From the NCBI GenBank assembly GCA_965655095.1, contig OZ296651.1, forward strand, positions 50,840,001-50,904,000: a stretch of 64,000 nucleotides of DNA. Reading direction: 5' to 3'. The DNA comes from Haplodiscus bocki. Its lineage: Eukaryota. A program made the position numbers and the translations under genes. This document shows, in pieces, positions 37,725 to 51,700 of this stretch; position 1 is the first letter of the stretch; every line of letters starts with the position of its first letter. The notes under the pieces were generated by a model that was given only the letters and a program-made list of their open reading frames with translations, was not told the DNA's origin and did not search any database.

Positions 37725-38491
37725 TTTTTCTATTAAAGTACATTTTTCCTGTGCTCTCAACTGTGCAAACTACTTTACCAGTGGATTCGCAAATCCTCCT
37801 GCTGATTAGAGGAGTGCTTTTACCATTTCCCCCACATGGTAATTCTTTATTTTTCAGTTGTAATTTTGAGTATAATGGACTATTTTTGGCAATGTTATTG
37901 AGCATTTCTTCAAATATGCGAAAAACTATCGAGAATCTTTTTGCTATTCATTTAAAGCTCAAATTAGAGGGATAGGAAGAAATTCCAACAAACGCTAACA
38001 TTTGGGAGCCTTTTCTCTTTGGCCCACACATTGCCAAATATTAATTGAAATGGATAACAAAAAGACTCTGAAGGTTTTTCACATATTTGAAATGTTGAAC
38101 AATGTTGCCAGAAAAAATCCATTGTAATGAGAATTACATTGAAAAATTTGGTTTTGAATAAACGTGCGGAAAGTGAGTTAACATATTTGTCAAGCTACCA
38201 TGTAGAATCTAATCAAAGCGGTGCTTCAAAATTCAACGGTTGCTTTTAGACATTTTATTCGGGAATGTGAGTTTTGGTTGTTGGTGTTTGTCGTCTTCAA
38301 TTATTAGGGGCAAGTTGCCGCAGAAAAAAAATCAAAGAACTACGCGTACCAAAAAATGACCAAAATTAAAAGATGCAAGATGTTCTTAGTGTCAAGCTAA
38401 AACTTCGATGTTGGTTGCTAATGCAAGATGTTCGTTTTTTTGTTCATAACAGAAGATACGTTTATGAAGTCAGCTGAATTCGTCTAATGCT

Positions 38492-38830
38492 GTCGGGATC
38501 GGTGGTGTGGTACTGTAGTCCTAACTACTTGGTAAACAGAGGTTGTAGGATCAGTTCTTACAGTGGGTCCTTGTCCTTTGGTGATCTGTGTTGAACTGGT
38601 GTCCACACTAAGCTCTATGTCAATATGGATGTGCTGTGCAAGTGGCATGTCCAGGTTGGATAATGAGAGGCGAATCGGCTCAGTGTGTAAACTCAGCAGG
38701 CAAAAGTCTTCGCACGGAGTGGTAGTTGGATAGCACTAGTGAGTGGGCACCCTAGGATAGCCACTGTAAGATTGAGTGTCTAATCTAAGGAAAATTGTAC
38801 TTTAATAAAAAAAAGATTGAGTCTCTAATC
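38492..38830 (+). ncRNA. 7SL: 7SL RNA variant, copy 9 (mutated helix 8; 3' extension)
   Basis: Helix 8 reads CAGTGTGTAAACTCAGCAG; fold-back insertion. Confidence 0.75.
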
Positions 38831-39599
38831 TATTTTTTTATTAAAGTACATTTTTCCTATGCTCTCAACTGTGCAAACTACTTTACCAGTGGATTTGCAA
38901 ATCTTCCTGTTGATTGGAGGAGTGCTTTTACCATTTCCCCCACATGTTAAGTCTTTATTTTTCAATTGTAATTTTGAGTATAATGGATTATTTTTGGCAA
39001 TGTTATTGAGCATTTCTTCAAATAGGCGAAAAACTTTCGGGAATCTTTTTGCTATTCATTTAGAGATCAAATTAGAGGGATAGAAAGAAATTCCAACGAA
39101 CGTTAACATTTGGGAACCTTTTCTCTTTGGCCCACACATTGCCAAATCTTAATTCAAATGGATAACAAAAAGATTCTGAAGGTTTTTCACATAATTGAAA
39201 TGTTGAACAATGTTGCCAGAAATAATACATTGTAATGAGAATTACCTTTAAAAATTTGGTTTTGAATAAACGTGGGGAAAGTGAGTTAACATATTTGTCA
39301 AGCTACCATGTAGAATCTAATCAAGGCGGTGCTTCAAAATTCAACGGTTGCTTTTAGACATTTTATTCGGGAATGTGAGTTTTGGTTGTCGGTGTTTGTC
39401 GTCTTCAAACATTAGGGGCAAGTTGCCGCAGAAAAAAAATCAAAAAACTACGCGTACCAAAAAATGACCAAAATTAAAAGATGCAAGATGTTCTTAGTGT
39501 CAAGCTAAAACTTCGATGTTGGTAGCTAATGCAAGATGTTCGTTTTTTTGTTCATAACAGAAGATACGTTTATGAAGTCAGCTGAATTCGTTTTATGCT

Positions 39600-39893
39600 G
39601 TCGGGATCAGTGGTTGGGTCCTGTAGTCCTAACTAATCGGGAGACATAGGTTGTAGGATCATTTCATACAGTGGGTCCCTGTTCTTTGGTGATCTGTGTT
39701 GAACCGGTGTCCACACTAAGCTTTATGTCAATATGGATGTGCTGTGCAAGTGGCATGTCCAGGTTGGATAATGAGAGGCGAATCGGCTCAGGGTGGAAAC
39801 ACAGCAGGCAAAAGTCTCCGCACGGAGTGGTAGTTGGATAGCACTAGTGAGTGGGCACCCTAGGATAGCCACTGTACGATTAGATACTCAATC
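39600..39893 (+). ncRNA. 7SL: 7SL RNA, copy 10
   Basis: Canonical helix 8, T5. Confidence 0.88.
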
Positions 39894-40662
39894 TTTTTCT
39901 ATTAAAGTACATTTTTCCTATGCTCTCAGCTGTGCAAACTACTTTGCCAGTGGACTTGCAAATCCTCCTGCTGATTAGAGGAGTGCTTTTACCATTTCAC
40001 CCACATGTTAATTCTTTATTTTTCAATTGTAATTTTGAGTATAATGGATTATTTTTGGCAATGTTATTGAGCATTTCTTCAAATATGTGAAAAACTTTCG
40101 GGAATCATTTTGCTATTCATTTAAAGATCAAATTAGAGGAATAGAAAGAAGTTCCAACAAACGTTAACATTTGGGAACCTTTTCTCTTTGGCCCAAACAT
40201 TGCCAAATCTTAATTCAAATGGATAACAAAAAGATTCTGAAGGTTTTTCACATATTTGAAATGTTGAACAATGTTGCCAGAAATAATCCATTGTAATGAG
40301 AATTACCCTTAAAGATTTGGTTTTGAATAAACGTGGGGAAAGTGAGTTAACATATTTGTCAAGCTACCATGTAGAATCTAATCAAAGCGGTGCTTCAAAA
40401 TTCAACGGTTGCTTTTAGACATTTTATTCGGGAATGTGAGTTTTGGTTGTTGGTGTTTGTCGTCTTCAATTATTAGGGGCAAGTTGCCGCAGAAAAAAAA
40501 TCAAAAAACTACGCGTACCAAAAAAGGACCAAAATTAAAAGATGCCAGATGTTCTTAGTGTCAAGCTAAAACTTCGATGTTGGTTGCTAATGCAAGGTGT
40601 TCGTTTTTTTTTGTTCATAACAGAAGATACGTTTATGAAGTCAGCTGAATTCGTTTTAAGCT

Positions 40663-40956
40663 GTCGGGATCGGTGGTGTGGTCCTGTAGTCCTAACTACT
40701 TGGGAGACATAGGTTGTAGGATCATTTCTTACAGTGGGTCCCTGTTCTTTGGTGATCTGTGTTGAACCGGTGTCCACACTAAGCTCTATGTCAATATGGA
40801 TGTGCTGTGCAAGTGGCATGTCCAGGTTGGATAATGAGAGGCGAATCGGCTCAGGGTGGAAACACAGCAGGCAAAAGTCGTCGCACGGAGTGGTAGTTGG
40901 ATAGCACTAGTGAGTGGGCACCCTAGGATAGCCACTGTACGATTAGAGACTCAATC
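40663..40956 (+). ncRNA. 7SL: 7SL RNA, copy 11
   Basis: Canonical helix 8, T5. Confidence 0.88.
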
Positions 40957-41723
40957 TTTTTCTATTAAAGTACATTTTTCCTGTGCTCTCAACTGTGCAA
41001 ACTACTTTACCAGTGGATTCGCAAATCCTCCTGCTGATTAGAGGAGTGCTTTTACCATTTCCCCCACATGGTAATTCTTTATTTTTCAGTTGTAATTTTG
41101 AGTATAATGGACTATTTTTGGCAATGTTATTGAGCATTTCTTCAAATATGCGAAAAACTATCGAGAATCTTTTTGCTATTCATTTAAAGCTCAAATTAGA
41201 GGGATAGGAAGAAATTCCAACAAACGCTAACATTTGGGAGCCTTTTCTCTTTGGCCCACACATTGCCAAATATTAATTGAAATGGATAACAAAAAGACTC
41301 TGAAGGTTTTTCACATATTTGAAATGTTGAACAATGTTGCCAGAAAAAATCCATTGTAATGAGAATTACATTGAAAAATTTGGTTTTGAATAAACGTGCG
41401 GAAAGTGAGTTAACATATTTGTCAAGCTACCATGTAGAATCTAATCAAAGCGGTGCTTCAAAATTCAACGGTTGCTTTTAGACATTTTATTCGGGAATGT
41501 GAGTTTTGGTTGTTGGTGTTTGTCGTCTTCAATTATTAGGGGCAAGTTGCCGCAGAAAAAAAATCAAAGAACTACGCGTACCAAAAAATGACCAAAATTA
41601 AAAGATGCAAGATGTTCTTAGTGTCAAGCTAAAACTTCGATGTTGGTTGCTAATGCAAGATGTTCGTAATTCTGTTCATAACAGAAGATACGTTTATGAA
41701 GTCAGCGGAATTCGTTTTATGCT

Positions 41724-42017
41724 GTCGGGATCAGTGGTGTGGTCCTGTAGTCCTAACTACTTGGGAGACATTGGTTGTACGATCGGTTCTTACAGTGGGT
41801 CCCTGTTCTTTGGTGATCTGTGTTGAACTGGTGTCCACACTAAGCTCTATGTCACTATGGATGTGCTGTGCAAGTGGCATGTCCAGGTTGGATAATGAGA
41901 GGAGAATTGGCTCAGGGTAAAAACACAGCAGGCAAAAGTCTCCGCATGGAGTGGTAGTTGGATAGCACTAGTGAGTGGGCACACTAGGATAGCCACTGTA
42001 AGATTAGAGACTCAATC
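41724..42017 (+). ncRNA. 7SL: 7SL RNA variant, copy 12
   Basis: Helix 8 reads CAGGGTAAAAACACAGCAG; T4. Confidence 0.8.
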
Positions 42018-42784
42018 TTTTCTTATTAAAGTACATTTCTCCTATGCTCTCAACTGTGCAAACTACTTTACCGGTGGATTCGCAAATCCTCCTGTTGATT
42101 AGAGGAGTGCTTTTACCATTTCCCCCAAATGTTAATTCTTTATTTTTCAATTGAAATTTTGAGTATAATGGATTTTCTTTGGCAATGTTATTGAGCATTT
42201 CTTCAAATATGTGAAAATTTTTCGGGAATCTTTTTGCTATTGATTTCAAGATCAAATTGAAGGGATAGAAAGAAATTCCAAGAAACGTTAACATTTGGGA
42301 ACCTTTTCTCTTTGGCCCACACATTGCCAAATCTTAATTCAAATGGATAACAAAAAGATTCTGAAGGTTTTTCACATAATTGAAATGTTGAACAATGTTG
42401 CCAGAAATAATCCATTGTAATGAGAATTACCTTTAAAAATTTGGTTTTGAATAAACGTGGGGAAAGTGAGTTAACATATTTGTCAAGCTACCATGTAGAA
42501 TCTAATCAAGGCGGTGCTTCAAAATTCAACGGTTGCTTTTAGACATTTTATTCGGGAATGTGAGTTTTGGTTGTTGGTGTTTGTCGTCTTCAAACATTAG
42601 GGGCAAGTTGCCGCAGAAAAAAAATCAAAAAACTACGCGTACCAAAAAATGACCAAAATTAAAAGATGCAAGATGTTCTTAGTGTCAAGCTAAAACTTCG
42701 ATGTTGGTAGCTAATGCAAGATGTTCGTAATTTTGTTCATAACAGAAGATACGTTTATGAAGTCAGCTGAATTCGTCTAATGCT

Positions 42785-43124
42785 GTCGGGATCGGTGGTG
42801 TGGTACTGTAGTCCTAACTACTTGGGAAACATAGGTTGTAGGATCGGTTCTTACAGTGGGTCCTTGTTCTTTGGTGATCTGTGTTGAACTGGTGTCCACA
42901 CTAAGCTCTATGTCAATATGGATGTGCTGTGCAAGTGGCATGTCCAGGTTGGATAATGAGAGGCGAATCGGCTCAGTGTGTAAACTCAGCAGGCAAAAGT
43001 CTTCGCACGGAGTGGTAGTTGGATAGCACTAGTGAGTGGGCACCCTAGGATAGCCACTGTAAGATTGAGTCTCTAATCTAAGGAAAAATGTACTTTAATA
43101 AAAAAAAAGATTGAGTCTCTAATC
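42785..43124 (+). ncRNA. 7SL: 7SL RNA variant, copy 13 (mutated helix 8; 3' extension)
   Basis: As copy 9. Confidence 0.75.
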
Positions 43125-43893
43125 TTTTTTTTTATTAAAGTACCTTTTTCCTATGCTCTCAACTGTGCAAACTACTTTACCAGTGGATTTGCAAATCTTC
43201 CTGTTGATTGGAGGAGTGCTTTTACCATTTCCCCCACATGTTAAGTCTTTATTTTTCAATTGTAATTTTGAGTATAATGGATTATTTTTGGCAATGTTAT
43301 TGAGCATTTCTTCAAATAGGCGAAAAACTTACGGGAATCTTTTTGCTATTCATTTAGAGATCAAATTAGAGGGATAGAAAGAAATTCCAACGAACGTTAA
43401 CATTTGGGAACCTTTTCTCTTTGGCCCACACATTGTCAAATCTAAATTCAAATGGATAACAAAAAGATTCTGAAGGTTTTTCACATAACTGAAATGTTGA
43501 ACAATGTTGCCAGAAATAATCCATTGTAATGAGAGTTACATTGAAAAATTCGGTTTTGAATAAACGTGGGGAAAGTGAGTGAACATATTTGTCAAGCTAT
43601 CATGTAGAATCTAATCAAAGCGGTGCTTCAAAATTCAACGGTTGCTTGTAGACATTTTATTCGGGAACATGAGTTTTGGTTGTTGGTGTTTGTCGTCTTT
43701 AAATATTAGGGGCAAATTGTCGCAGAAAAAAAATCAAAAAACTACGCGTACCAAAAAATGACCAAAATTAAAAGATGCAAGATGTTCTTAGTGTCAAGCT
43801 AAAACTTCGATGTTGGTAGCTAATGCAAGATGTTCGTTTTTTTGTTCATAACAGAAGATACGTTTATGAAGTCAGCTGAATTCGTTTTATGCT

Positions 43894-44187
43894 GTCGGGA
43901 TCGGTGGTTGGGTCCTGTAGTCCTAACTACTCGGGAGACATAGGTTGTAGGATCATTTCATACAGTGGGTCCCTGTTCTTTGGTGATCTGTGTTGAACCG
44001 GTGTCCACACTAAGCTTTATGTCAATATGGATGTGCTGTGCAAGTGGCATGTCCAGGTTGGATAATGAGAGGCGAATCGGCTCAGGGTGGAAACACAGCA
44101 GGCAAAAGTCTCCGCACGGAGTGGTAGTTGGATAGCACTAGTGAGTGGGCACCCTAGGATAGCCACTGTACGATTAGAGACTCAATC
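43894..44187 (+). ncRNA. 7SL: 7SL RNA, copy 14
   Basis: Canonical helix 8, T5. Confidence 0.88.
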
Positions 44188-44954
44188 TTTTTCTATTAAA
44201 GTACATTTTTCCTATGCTCTCAGCTGTGCAAACTACTTTGCCAGTGGACTTGCAAATCCTCCTGCTGATTAGAGGAGTGCTTTTACCATTTCACCCACAT
44301 GTTAATTCTTTATTTTTCAATTGTAATTTTGAGTATAATGGATTATTTTTGGCAATGTTATTGAGCATTTCTTCAAATATGTGAAAAACTTTCGGGAATC
44401 ATTTTGCTATTCATTTAAAGATCAAATTAGAGGAATAGAAAGAAGTTCCAACAAACGTTAACATTTGGGAACCTTTTCTCTTTGGCCCAAACATTGCCAA
44501 ATCTTAATTCAAATGGATAACAAAAAGATTCTGAAGGTTTTTCACATAATTGAAATGTTGAACAATGTTGCCAGAAATAATCCATTGTAATGAGAATTAC
44601 CTTTAAAAATTTGGTTTTGAATAAACGTGGGGAAAGTGAGTTAACATATTTGTCAAGCTACCATGTAGAATCTAATCAAGGCGGTGCTTCAAAATTCAAC
44701 GGTTGCTTTTAGACATTTTATTCGGGAATGTGAGTTTTGGTTGTCGGTGTTTGTCGTCTTCAAACATTAGGGGCAAGTTGCCGCAGAAAAAAAATCAAAA
44801 AACTACGCGTACCAAAAAATGACCAAAATTAAAAGATGCAAGATGTTCTTAGTGTCAAGCTAAAACTTCGATGTTGGTAGCTAATGCAAGATGTTCGTTT
44901 TTTTGTTCATAACAGAAGATACGTTTATGAAGTCAGCTGAATTCGTTTTATGCT

Positions 44955-45248
44955 GTCGGGATCGGTGGTTGGGTCTTGTAGTCCTAACTACTCGGGAGAC
45001 ATAGGTTGTAGGATCATTTCATACAGTGGGTCCCTGTTCTTTGGTGATCTGTGTTGAACCGGTGTCCACACTAAGCTTTATGTCAATATGGATGTGCTGT
45101 GCAAGTGGCATGTCCAGGTTGGATAATGAGAGGCGAATCGGCTCAGGGTGGAAACACAGCAGGCAAAAGTCTCCGCACGGAGTGGTAGTTGGATAGCACT
45201 AGTGAGTGGGCACCCTAGGATAGCCACTGTACGATTAGAGACTCAATC
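44955..45248 (+). ncRNA. 7SL: 7SL RNA, copy 15
   Basis: Canonical helix 8, T4. Confidence 0.86.
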
Positions 45249-46016
45249 ATTTTCTATTAAAGTACATTTTTCCTATGCTCTCAGCTGTGCAAACTACTTT
45301 GCCAGTGGACTTGCAAATCCTCCTGCTGATTAGAGGAGTGCTTTTACCATTTCACCCACATGTTAATTCTTTATTTTTCAATTGTAATTTTGAGTATAAT
45401 GGATTATTTTTGGCAATGTTATTGAGCATTTCTTCAAATATGTGAAAAACTTTCGGGAATCATTTTGCTATTCATTTAAAGATCAAATTAGAGGAATAGA
45501 AAGAAGTTCCAACAAACGTTAACATTTGGGAACCTTTTCTCTTTGGCCCAAACATTGCCAAATCTTAATTCAAATGGATAACAAAAAGATTCTGAAGGTT
45601 TTTCACATATTTGAAATGTTGAACAATGTTGCCAGAAATAATCCATTGTAATGAGAATTACCCTTAAAGATTTGGTTTTGAATAAACGTGGGGAAAGTGA
45701 GTTAACATATTTGTCAAGCTACCATGTAGAATCTAATCAAAGCGGTGCTTCAAAATTCAACGGTTGCTTTTAGACATTTTATTCGGGAATGTGAGTTTTG
45801 GTTGTTGGTGTTTGTCGTCTTCAATTATTAGGGGCAAGTTGCCGCAGAAAAAAAATCAAAAAACTACGCGTACCAAAAAAGGACCAAAATTAAAAGATGC
45901 CAGATGTTCTTAGTGTCAAGCTAAAACTTCGATGTTGGTTGCTAATGCAAGGTGTTCGTTTTTTTTGTTCATAACAGAAGATACGTTTATGAAGTCAGCT
46001 GAATTCGTTTTAAGCT

Positions 46017-46310
46017 GTCGGGATCGGTGGTGTGGTCCTGTAGTCCTAACTACTTGGGAGACATAGGTTGTAGGATCATTTCTTACAGTGGGTCCCTGTT
46101 CTTTGGTGATCTGTGTTGAACCGGTGTCCACACTAAGCTCTATGTCAATATGGATGTGCTGTGCAAGTGGCATGTCCAGGTTGGATAATGAGAGGCGAAT
46201 CGGCTCAGGGTGGAAACACAGCAGGCAAAAGTCGCCGCACGGAGTGGTAGTTGGATAGCACTAGTGAGTGGGCACCCTAGGATAGCCACTGTACGATTAG
46301 AGACTCAATC
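46017..46310 (+). ncRNA. 7SL: 7SL RNA, copy 16
   Basis: Canonical helix 8, T5. Confidence 0.88.
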
Positions 46311-47077
46311 TTTTTCTATTAAAGTACATTTTTCCTGTGCTCTCAACTGTGCAAACTACTTTACCAGTGGATTCGCAAATCCTCCTGCTGATTAGAGGAG
46401 TGCTTTTACCATTTCCCCCACATGGTAATTCTTTATTTTTCAGTTGTAATTTTGAGTATAATGGACTATTTTTGGCAATGTTATTGAGCATTTCTTCAAA
46501 TATGCGAAAAACTATCGAGAATCTTTTTGCTATTCATTTAAAGCTCAAATTAGAGGGATAGGAAGAAATTCAAACAAACGCTAACATTTGGGAGCCTTTT
46601 CTCTTTGGCCCACACATTGCCAAATATTAATTGAAATGGATAACAAAAAGACTCTGAAGGTTTTTCACATATTTGAAATGTTGAACAATGTTGCCAGAAA
46701 AAATCCATTGTAATGAGAATTACATTGAAAAATTTGGTTTTGAATAAACGTGCGGAAAGTGAGTTAACATATTTGTCAAGCTACCATGTAGAATCTAATC
46801 AAAGCGGTGCTTCAAAATTCAACGGTTGCTTTTAGACATTTTATACGGGAAAGTGAGTTTTGGTTGTTGGTGTTTGTCGTCTTCAATTATTAGGGGCAAG
46901 TTGCCGCAGAAAAAAAATCAAAGAACTACGCGTACCAAAAAATGACCAAAATTAAAAGATGCAAGATGTTCTTAGTGTCAAGCTAAAACTTCGATGTTGG
47001 TTGCTAATGCAAGATGTTCGTTTTTTTGTTCATAACAGAAGATACGTTTATGAAGTCAGCTGAATTCGTCTAATGCT

Positions 47078-47416
47078 GTCGGGATCGGTGGTGTGGTACT
47101 GTAGTCCTAACTACTTGGGAAACAGAGGTTGTAGGATCAGTTCTTACAGTGGGTCCTTGTTCTTTGGTGATCTGTGTTGAACTGGTGTCCACACTAAGCT
47201 CTATGTCAATATGGATGTGCTGTGCAAGTGGCATGTCCAGGTTGGATAATGAGAGGCGAATCGGCTCAGTGTGTAAACTCAGCAGGCAAAAGTCTTCGCA
47301 CGGAGTGGTAGTTGGATAGCACTAGTGAGTGGGCACCCTAGGATAGCCACTGTAAGATTGAGTCTCTAATCTAAGGAAAAATGTACTTTAATAAAAAAAA
47401 GATTGAGTCTCTAATC
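47078..47416 (+). ncRNA. 7SL: 7SL RNA variant, copy 17 (mutated helix 8; 3' extension)
   Basis: As copy 9. Confidence 0.75.
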
Positions 47417-48185
47417 TTTTTTTTAATTAAAGTACATTTTTCCTATGCTCTCAACTGTGCAAACTACTTTACCAGTGGATTTGCAAATCTTCCTGTTGAT
47501 TGGAGGAGTGCTTTTACCATTTCCCCCACATGTTAAGTCTTTATTTTTCAATTGTAATTTTGAGTATAATGGATTATTTTTGGCAATGTTATTGAGCATT
47601 TCTTCAAATAGGCGAAAAACTTTCGGGAATCTTTTTGCTATTCATTTAGAGATCAAATTAGAGGGATAGAAAGAAATTCCAACGAACGTTAACATTTGGG
47701 AACCTTTTCTCTTTGGCCCACACATTGCCAAATCTTAATTCAAATGGATAACAAAAAGATTCTGAAGGTTTTTCACATAATTGAAATGTTGAACAATGTT
47801 GCCAGAAATAATCCATTGTAATGAGAATTACCTTTAAAAATTTGGTTTTGAATAAACGTGGGGAAAGTGAGTTAACATATTTGTCAAGCTACCATGTAGA
47901 ATCTAATCAAGGCGGTGCTTCAAAATTCAACGGTTGCTTTTAGACATTTTATTCGGGAATGTGAGTTTTGGTTGTTGGTGTTTGTCGTCTTCAAACATTA
48001 GGGGCAAGTTGCCGCAGAAAAAAAATCAAAAAACTACGCGTACCAAAAAATGACCAAAATTAAAAGATGCAAGATGTTCTTAGTGTCAAGCTAAAACTTC
48101 GATGTTGGTAGCTAATGCAAGATGTTCGTAATTTTGTTCATAACAGAAGATACGTTTATGAAGTCAGCTGAATTCGTCTAATGCT

Positions 48186-48524
48186 GTCGAGATCGGTGGT
48201 GTGGTACTGTAGTCCTAACTACTTGGGAAACATAGGTTGTAGGATCGGTTCTTACAGTGGGTCCTTGTTCTTTGGTGATCTGTGTTGAACTGGTGTCCAC
48301 ACTAAGCTCTATGTCAATATGGATGTGCTGTGCAAGTGGCATGTCCAGGTTGGATAATGAGAGGCGAATCGGCTCAGTGTGTAAACTCAGCAGGCAAAAG
48401 TCTTCGCACGGAGTGGTAGTTGGATAGCACTAGTGAGTGGGCACCCTAGGATAGCCACTGTAAGATTGAGTCTCTAATCTAAGGAAAAATGTACTTTAAT
48501 AAAAAAAAGATTGAGTCTCTAATC
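48186..48524 (+). ncRNA. 7SL: 7SL RNA variant, copy 18 (mutated helix 8; 3' extension)
   Basis: As copy 9. Confidence 0.75.
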
Positions 48525-49291
48525 TTTTTTTTTATTAAAGTACATTTTTCCTATGCTCTCAACTGTGCAAACTACTTTACCAGTGGATTTGCAAATCTTC
48601 CTGTTGATTGGAGGAGTGCTTTTACCATTTCCCCCACATGTTAAGTCTTTATTTTTCAATTGTAATTTTGAGTATAATGGACTATTTTTGGCAATGTTAT
48701 TGAGCATTTCTTCAAATACGCGAAAAACTATCGAGAATCTTTTTGCTATTCATTTAAAGCTCAAATTAGAGGGATAGGAAGAAATTCCAACAAACGCTAA
48801 CATTTGGGAGCCTTTTCTTTTCGGCCCACACATTGCCAAATCTTAATTGAAATGGATAACAAAAAGATTCTGAAGGTTTTTCACATATTTGAAATGTTGA
48901 ACAATGTTGCCAGAAAAAATCCATTGTAATGAGAATTACATTGAAAAATTTGGTTTTGAATAAACGTGCGGAAAGTGAGTGAACATATTTGTCAAGCTAT
49001 CATGTAGAATCTAATCAAAGCGGTGCTTCAAAATTCAACGGTTGCTTGTAGACATTTTATTCGGGAACGTGAGTTTTGGTTGTTGGTGTTTGTCGTCTTT
49101 AAATATTAGGGGCAAATTGTCGCAGAAAATACCAAAAAACTACGCGTACCAAAAAATGACCAAAATTAAAAGATGCAAGATGTTCTTAGTGTCAAGCTAA
49201 AACTTCGATGTTGGTAGCTAATGCAAGATGTTCGTTTTTTTGTTCATAACAGAAGATACGTTTATGAAGTCAGCTGAATTCGTTTTATGCT

Positions 49292-49585
49292 GTCGGGATC
49301 GGTGGTTGGGTCCTGTAGTCCTAACTACTCGGGAGACATAGGTTGTAGGATCATTTCATACAGTGGGTCCCTGTTCTTTGGTGATCTGTGTTGAACCGGT
49401 GTCCACACTAAGCTCTATGTCAATATGGATGTGCTGTGCAAGTGGCATGTCCAGGTTGGATATTGAGAGGCGAATCGGCTCAGGGTGGAAACACAGCAGG
49501 CAAAAGTCGTCGCACGGAGTGGTAGTTGGATAGCACTAGTGAGTGGGCACCCTAGGATAGCCACTGTACGATTAGAGACTCAATC
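49292..49585 (+). ncRNA. 7SL: 7SL RNA, copy 19
   Basis: Canonical helix 8, T5. Confidence 0.88.
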
Positions 49586-50351
49586 TTTTTCTATTAAAGT
49601 ACATTTTTCCTGTGCTCTCAACTGTGCAAACTACTTTACCAGTGGATTCGCAAATCCACCTGCTGATTAGAGGAGTGCTTTTACCTTTTCCCCCACAAGG
49701 TATTTCTTTATTTTTCAATTGTAATTTTGAGTATAATGGACTATTTTTGGCAATGTTATTGAGCATTTCTTCAAATATGCGAAAAACAATCGGGAATCTT
49801 TTTGCTATTCATTTAAAGCTCAAATTAGAGGGATAGGAAGAAATTCCAACAAACGCTAACATTTGGGAGCCTTTTCTCTTTGGCCCACACATTGCCAAAT
49901 CTTAATTGAAATGGATAACAAAAAGATTCTGAAGGTTTTTCACATATTTGAAATGTTGAACAATGTTGCCAGAAAAAATCCATTGTAATGAGAATTACAT
50001 TGAAAAATTTGGTTTTGAATAAACGTGCGGAAAGTGAGTTAACATATTTGTCAAGCTATCATGTAGAATCTAATCAAAGCGGTGCTTCAAAATTCAACTG
50101 TTGCTTTTAGACATTTTATTCGGGAACGTGAGTTTTGGTTGTTGGTGTTTGTCGTCTTTAAATATTAGGGGCAAATTGTCGCAGAAAAAAACCAAAAAAC
50201 TACGCGTACCAAAAAATGACCAAAACTAAAAGATGCAAGATGTTGTTAGTGTCAAGCTAAAAATTCGATGTTGGTTGCTAATGCAAGATGTTCGTATTTT
50301 TCCTCATAACAGAAGATACGTTTATGAAGTCAGCTGAATTCGTTCTCTGCT

Positions 50352-50645
50352 GTCGGGAGCGGTGGTGTGGTCCTGTAGTCCTAACTACTTGGGAGACATA
50401 GGTTGTAGGATCGGTTCTTACAGTGGGTGCCTGTTCTTTGGTGATCTCTGTTGAACTGGTGTCCACACTAAGCTCTATGTCAATATGGATGTGCTGTGCA
50501 AGTGGCATTTCCAGGATGGATGATGAGAGGCGAATCGGCTCAGGGTGGAAACACAGCAGGCAAAAGTCTCCGCACGGAGTGATAGTTGGATAGCACTAGT
50601 GAGTGGGCACCCTAGGATAGCAACTGTAGGATTAGAGACTCAATG
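50352..50645 (+). ncRNA. 7SL: 7SL RNA, copy 20
   Basis: Canonical helix 8; several substitutions elsewhere; T5. Confidence 0.84.
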
Positions 50646-51406
50646 ATTTTTATTAAAGTACATTTTTCCTATGCTCTCAACTGTGCAAACTACTTTACCG
50701 GTGGATTCGCAAATCATCCTGCTGTTTAGAGGAGTGCTTTCACCATTTCCCCCACATGTTAATTCTTTTATTTTCAATTCTAATTTTGAGTATAATGGAT
50801 TATTTTTGGCAATGTTGATGAGCATTTCTTCAAATATGTGAAAAACTTTCGGGAATCTTTTTGCTATTCATTGAAAGATCAAATTAGGGGGAAAAAAGAA
50901 ATTCCAACAAACGTTAACATTTGGGAACCTTTTCTCTTTGGCCCACACATTTCCAAATTTTAATTCAAATGGATAACAAAAAGATTCGGAAGGTTTTTCA
51001 CTTATTGGAAATGAATCTGGTACAAAAAATAATCCATTGTATTGAGAATTACATTGAAAAATTTGTTTTTGAATAAACGTGGGCAAAGTGGTTCAACATA
51101 ATTTTCAAGCTATCACGTAGAATCTGATCAAAGCGGTGCTTGAAATTCAGCGGTTGCTTTTAGACATTTTATTCGGGAATGTGAGTTTTGGTTGTTGGTG
51201 TTTGCCGTCTTCAAATATTAAGGGCAAATTGTCGCAGAAAAAGAAACCAAAAAACTACGCGTACCAAAAAATGACCAAAATTAAAAGATGCAAGATGTTG
51301 TTAGTGTCAAGCTAAAAATTCGATATTGGTTGCTAATGCAAGATGTTCGTATTTTTCTTCATAACAGAAGATACGTTTATGAAGTCAGCTGAATTCGTTT
51401 TATGCT

Positions 51407-51700
51407 GTCGGGATCGGAGGTGTGGTCCTGTAGTCCTAACTACTTGGGAGACATAGGTTGCAGAGTCATTTCTTACAGTGGGTCCCTGTTATTTGGTGAT
51501 CTGTGTTGAACCGGTGTCCACACTAAGCTCTATGTCAATATGGATGTGCTGTGCAAGTGGCATGTCCAGGTTGGAAAATGAGAGGCGAATCGGCTCAGGG
51601 TGGAAACACAGCAGGCAAAAGTCTCCGCACGGAGTGATAGTTGGATAGCACTAGTGAGTGGGCACCCTAGGATAGCAACTGTAGGATTAGAGACTCAATG
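51407..51700 (+). ncRNA. 7SL: 7SL RNA, copy 21
   Basis: Canonical helix 8; T5. Confidence 0.84.
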
